This document shows positions 60,970-64,000 of a stretch of 64,000 bases of DNA, one piece after another. How positions within the stretch are numbered: position 1 is the stretch's first letter; every line of letters begins with the position of its first letter. This stretch comes from Octopus vulgaris (taxonomy: Eukaryota): positions 7,316,001 through 7,380,000 of the forward strand of contig CATOCA020000001.1 in assembly GCA_951406725.2 (NCBI GenBank). The letters are read 5' to 3'. The position numbers and the translations under genes were made by a program. Below the pieces are notes generated by a model, which had not been told where the DNA came from, ran no database searches, and worked only from the letters and a program-made list of their open reading frames with translations.

Positions 60970-61470
60970 TGAGCTCCTAATGTAAAATTATTGACTGCAA
61001 GAAATGGAAATCATATATTTACTGACAATTGTGTTTACAAGAAGGAAGGTTCTACTCGAAAGCAAAATGGGATTTTAAGCAAGCTTTACAAAATGGAATT
61101 ACACATTCCATTTTTATGAAGAAATCCACAAGATATTAAAACTGCCTACATAACAATGGAGGTGTTTAGGGAGATAGAGGGACTTACAACAACAACATCA
61201 ACAACAAATGAAATTTCAAAGTTTATCTTTATTTCCACAGTTAATCTCTAACAACAAGGGAAACAATTGCCCTCAATGGAGTAGACAGATCTGCTAGAAT
61301 TAGTAGCCGAATCCTACTCAATTCACAATATGTCATCTGAAGGAAGGACACAGTAGACAATGTGGTATTGAGTTCTCTAAACTTAAGTGAAAGGCAGGAT
61401 AGTCCTGGATGGAAGGCATTTGTCGAATGTAGACTTAGGACACAACAGCAGCGACAGTTTACTCAAAAAT

Positions 61471-61675
61471 TCAATTTGTGTCTAATGATAGACGTTCAAG
61501 AGCATCGAAACACTCGATTTCCTCAGAGCTTCCGTTAATGTTTTAAGTGTACGATTCGCTGGATCACAACACTGGAACCATTTATAGAGCATTCTGAAAC
61601 TTTGTTCTGCTGTATCATTAGGGAAGTCACTCTTGATAATATCCAAGTCAACTTGTTTAATTCCTAATTCTCTCC
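61471..61675 (-). CDS. Probable terminal exon encoding the C-terminal part of a death domain, with an apparent 1-nt frameshift near 61525
   Basis: Acceptor gtatcttttgcag, then (G)RELGIKQVDLDIIKSDFPNDTAEQSFRMLYKWFQCCDPANRTLKTLTEAL. The shifted frame continues EEIECFDALERLSLDTN*. Fits the death-domain pattern RxLG...EQxxxMLxxW...TxxxLxxAL. Confidence 0.75.
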
Positions 61676-62029
61676 CTGCAAAAGATACAACAATACAAAA
61701 ATATAATTAAAACAACATTACCGATAATATAACACACGTGTGTGGTGGGTTGTTATAAATATAGCAAAGAAATTATGTGATTAGAGGAATGAGAAATACT
61801 TAAGAAACAGGGAAAATAGAAGACATTGGTCTCTGTTTCTAAAGATGTTGACAAAAATAACAAACATTTTGAAATAAAGGCTGGAAATGGAGAAAACATT
61901 TTGAAAAAGAATTAACTGAAAGTTACACGAGAAAATGTTTGGTAAAGAGCAGGAAGGAGAAGTGTTTTTCTGTGGGTAAGAGTGTATGAGAGCCTAAAGA
62001 ATCAATAGAGACCAACAGTTACACGATTT

Positions 62030-62410
62030 GATCCATCCATCCATTTTCTCTGTCCTTTATTCATAGAAGGGTTGCTGGGGTAGAGTCTTTAGGAATCTCC
62101 TTCGTCGGGTCCTATCAGAAGATTTTCTGAATCCATTCTCAAAGATGACCAATTGAAACTATGGATTTTATCCAACAATCTAGTCTCGATCTACCCCTAG
62201 GGGTCTCCTGTCAGTTGGCTCAGCTTCAAGAACCCGTTTTGCGATTCATTTTTGTGACATTCTAATCACGTTTCTGTGTTACTGGAGTTCTGACTTCTCA
62301 ATGCAGAGAAGCAGCCGTTTGACCTGGAGAGACACCCAATTCTCCAGCCTACACACCCTGTCGAGTAACGTTACTCCAGAGACCCTTCAAAAGGAGTCTA
62401 TTTCCGACGT
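62030..62410 (-). pseudogene. RTE-type LINE 3' end relic with (GGAT)n tail
   Basis: RVSGVTLLDRV...SLQVKRLLLCIEKSELQ*HRNVIRMSQK*IAKRVLEAEPTDRRP; ccatccatccat at the 3' end. Confidence 0.75.
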
Positions 62411-62799
62411 TTGATAACATTCCATGGTTTATGCCTCAAATTGTCATATTTACAAATATCTAGAAAGCTGAGATTGAAATGTCAAATAATAACAATAATA
62501 TTTGGTACACCTGGACCAATTAAAATAGAAATACATACAATGCATGGTAGAATGATGTCAACCACACAAACAATTTCATAGTGATTGCTACACATCACAT
62601 ATTATAAAAGGCAACAGCTTAGTCTTTCTGTATTCATGACTCATAATAATGATTTCTTCCACTCTTTAGAGAAATTCTTATAATGGAGAGGTTTCAAGGT
62701 AACCCTTACAATGAGAAGTGTTTTAGCAAAAACGAAGGCAGGACTCGCCATCTACATGCCAACAACAGTTAGATCCTGAAGGAACTACTGTATCCATAA

Positions 62800-63306
62800 A
62801 TATCTACCTGAACTGGGAAGTTATCATATTCGATATGCAGGAAAAGAAAGGTCGGGGTAATAGGATTTCTATATGGTGTATTCAATGCACACAAAGTGTA
62901 CAGTGGGATCAGAGAGAAGTTGAAAGAGGGCAAGGGGTTTGTAAGTATGAAATATACAAAATGAATCTGAAGTAATATCAACTCTGAAAGACGTAGTTGC
63001 TGGTTTCTGTTACCTAACAGATATGATTAGAAGTGGAGGAGACTATGCGGAAAGCATAGTAACTGAACTGCAAAATTGTACAGAGAGCTGTTGTGTCTAT
63101 TTGCATTGAAGGGATTCTGTTTCCAGATGAAGTGCAGAGTGATGTGTAGTTGTAAAGTGCAATATTGCATTGAATGTGGAAAATGTATTAAAAACTGGCA
63201 TGAAATGAGGTGGACATACTTCGCTACGAGTAAAATATTCAGGTGTAGAGATGCTGGACAAAAGATGAGCAGGAAGAAAACTTTGTCTTGAAAGAAGCAG
63301 AGATAG
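62800..63306 (+). pseudogene. Degraded LINE RT fragment (RTE-like with Cys-rich insert)
   Basis: GKLSYSICRK...SGIREKLKEG...VVAGFCYLTDMIRSGGDYAESIVT...YRELLCLFALKGF resembles V..F.YLGD....GG.......W..FREL.P. Confidence 0.6.
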
Positions 63307-63308
63307 TA

Positions 63309-64000
63309 TTGGGTTGGCAACTAAGTTCCCGCGGTTTTTATAAATTTTGGAATTTATTGCGTTTTTAAATTTTGGAATCTATTTTTGCTTTTGAGAATTC
63401 TATTTTGAATCATTTTGGAATCTATTTTGTTTTCTTTGTAGTTAATTTTAGTTAATTTTTGTTTATTTTCAGATCATTAAAACTGAATGTCAAGTTAAGA
63501 AAAACGAGCATTTTCGACACCTACTTTTTTGCTTTTAATCAAGGTTCTAAGGCTGCAAAAGCTGCTCGCGACATTTGTACAGTGTATGGAGAGGGTGCCA
63601 TAACTGAAAGAACCGCTTGTGATTGGTATGCCATGTTCACAAATGGAAATTTTGACCTCAAAGATGCACCTTGTTCTGGCCGTCCAGTTGAGTTCGATGA
63701 AGAGCGATTAAACCAACTTTTGCACGAAAATTCACGTCAAATGACAGGGGAACAGTCAGAGAAAATGGAATGCTCTCACACTGCTATAGAGAAGCATCTT
63801 CACTCGATGGGATGGGTTCAGAAGTATGGAGCATGGGTTCAGCATGCTTTAAGTGACAACAGCAGAAATCAACGAGCCACAATTTCTGCTGGCTTGTTTG
63901 CTCGTCACCGCTCAACTCATGGACACAGGCAACGATTTCTTGGCCGAATCGTTACTAGAGTCGGAAAATGGTGCCTGTACATCAATATGAAGCAGCGTAA
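63309..64000 (+). mobile_element. Mariner transposon 5' half with decayed transposase (from about 63483), truncated by window end
   Basis: TA then TIR ttgggttggcaactaagttcccgcgg. Translation: EHFRHLL / AFNQGSKAAKAARDICTVYGEGAITERT..WY..F.NGNFDLKDAPCSGRP...GAWVQHALS...RIVTRVGKW. The first catalytic D (IVTGDEKW) is lost and there is a frameshift. Confidence 0.93.

Overview
Repeat-rich, gene-poor animal DNA. The SINE families and microsatellites suggest an octopus or other cephalopod (inference). The dominant structure is a giant inverted duplication. The left arm (1-25437) runs off the window edge and mirrors the right arm (27341-54773), with a ~1.9-kb spacer between them. The arms are diverged (about 1% in most hand-checked stretches, up to about 10% locally) and have arm-specific events: a long-ORF Penelope retrotransposon only on the left, a SINE at the same site only on the right, a satellite with 4 versus 13 units, and deletions. 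The inner boundary lies at the tip of a ~200-bp hairpin built from two inverted, hammerhead-like Penelope-type terminal repeats. Several more hammerhead-like motifs cluster in the (TA)n-rich centre. To the right of 54773 are Helitron helicase, RTE LINE and mariner relics, SINEs, and a frameshifted death-domain exon. Nearly all long ORFs in the track are simple-repeat artefacts. All alignments and identities were made by eye.
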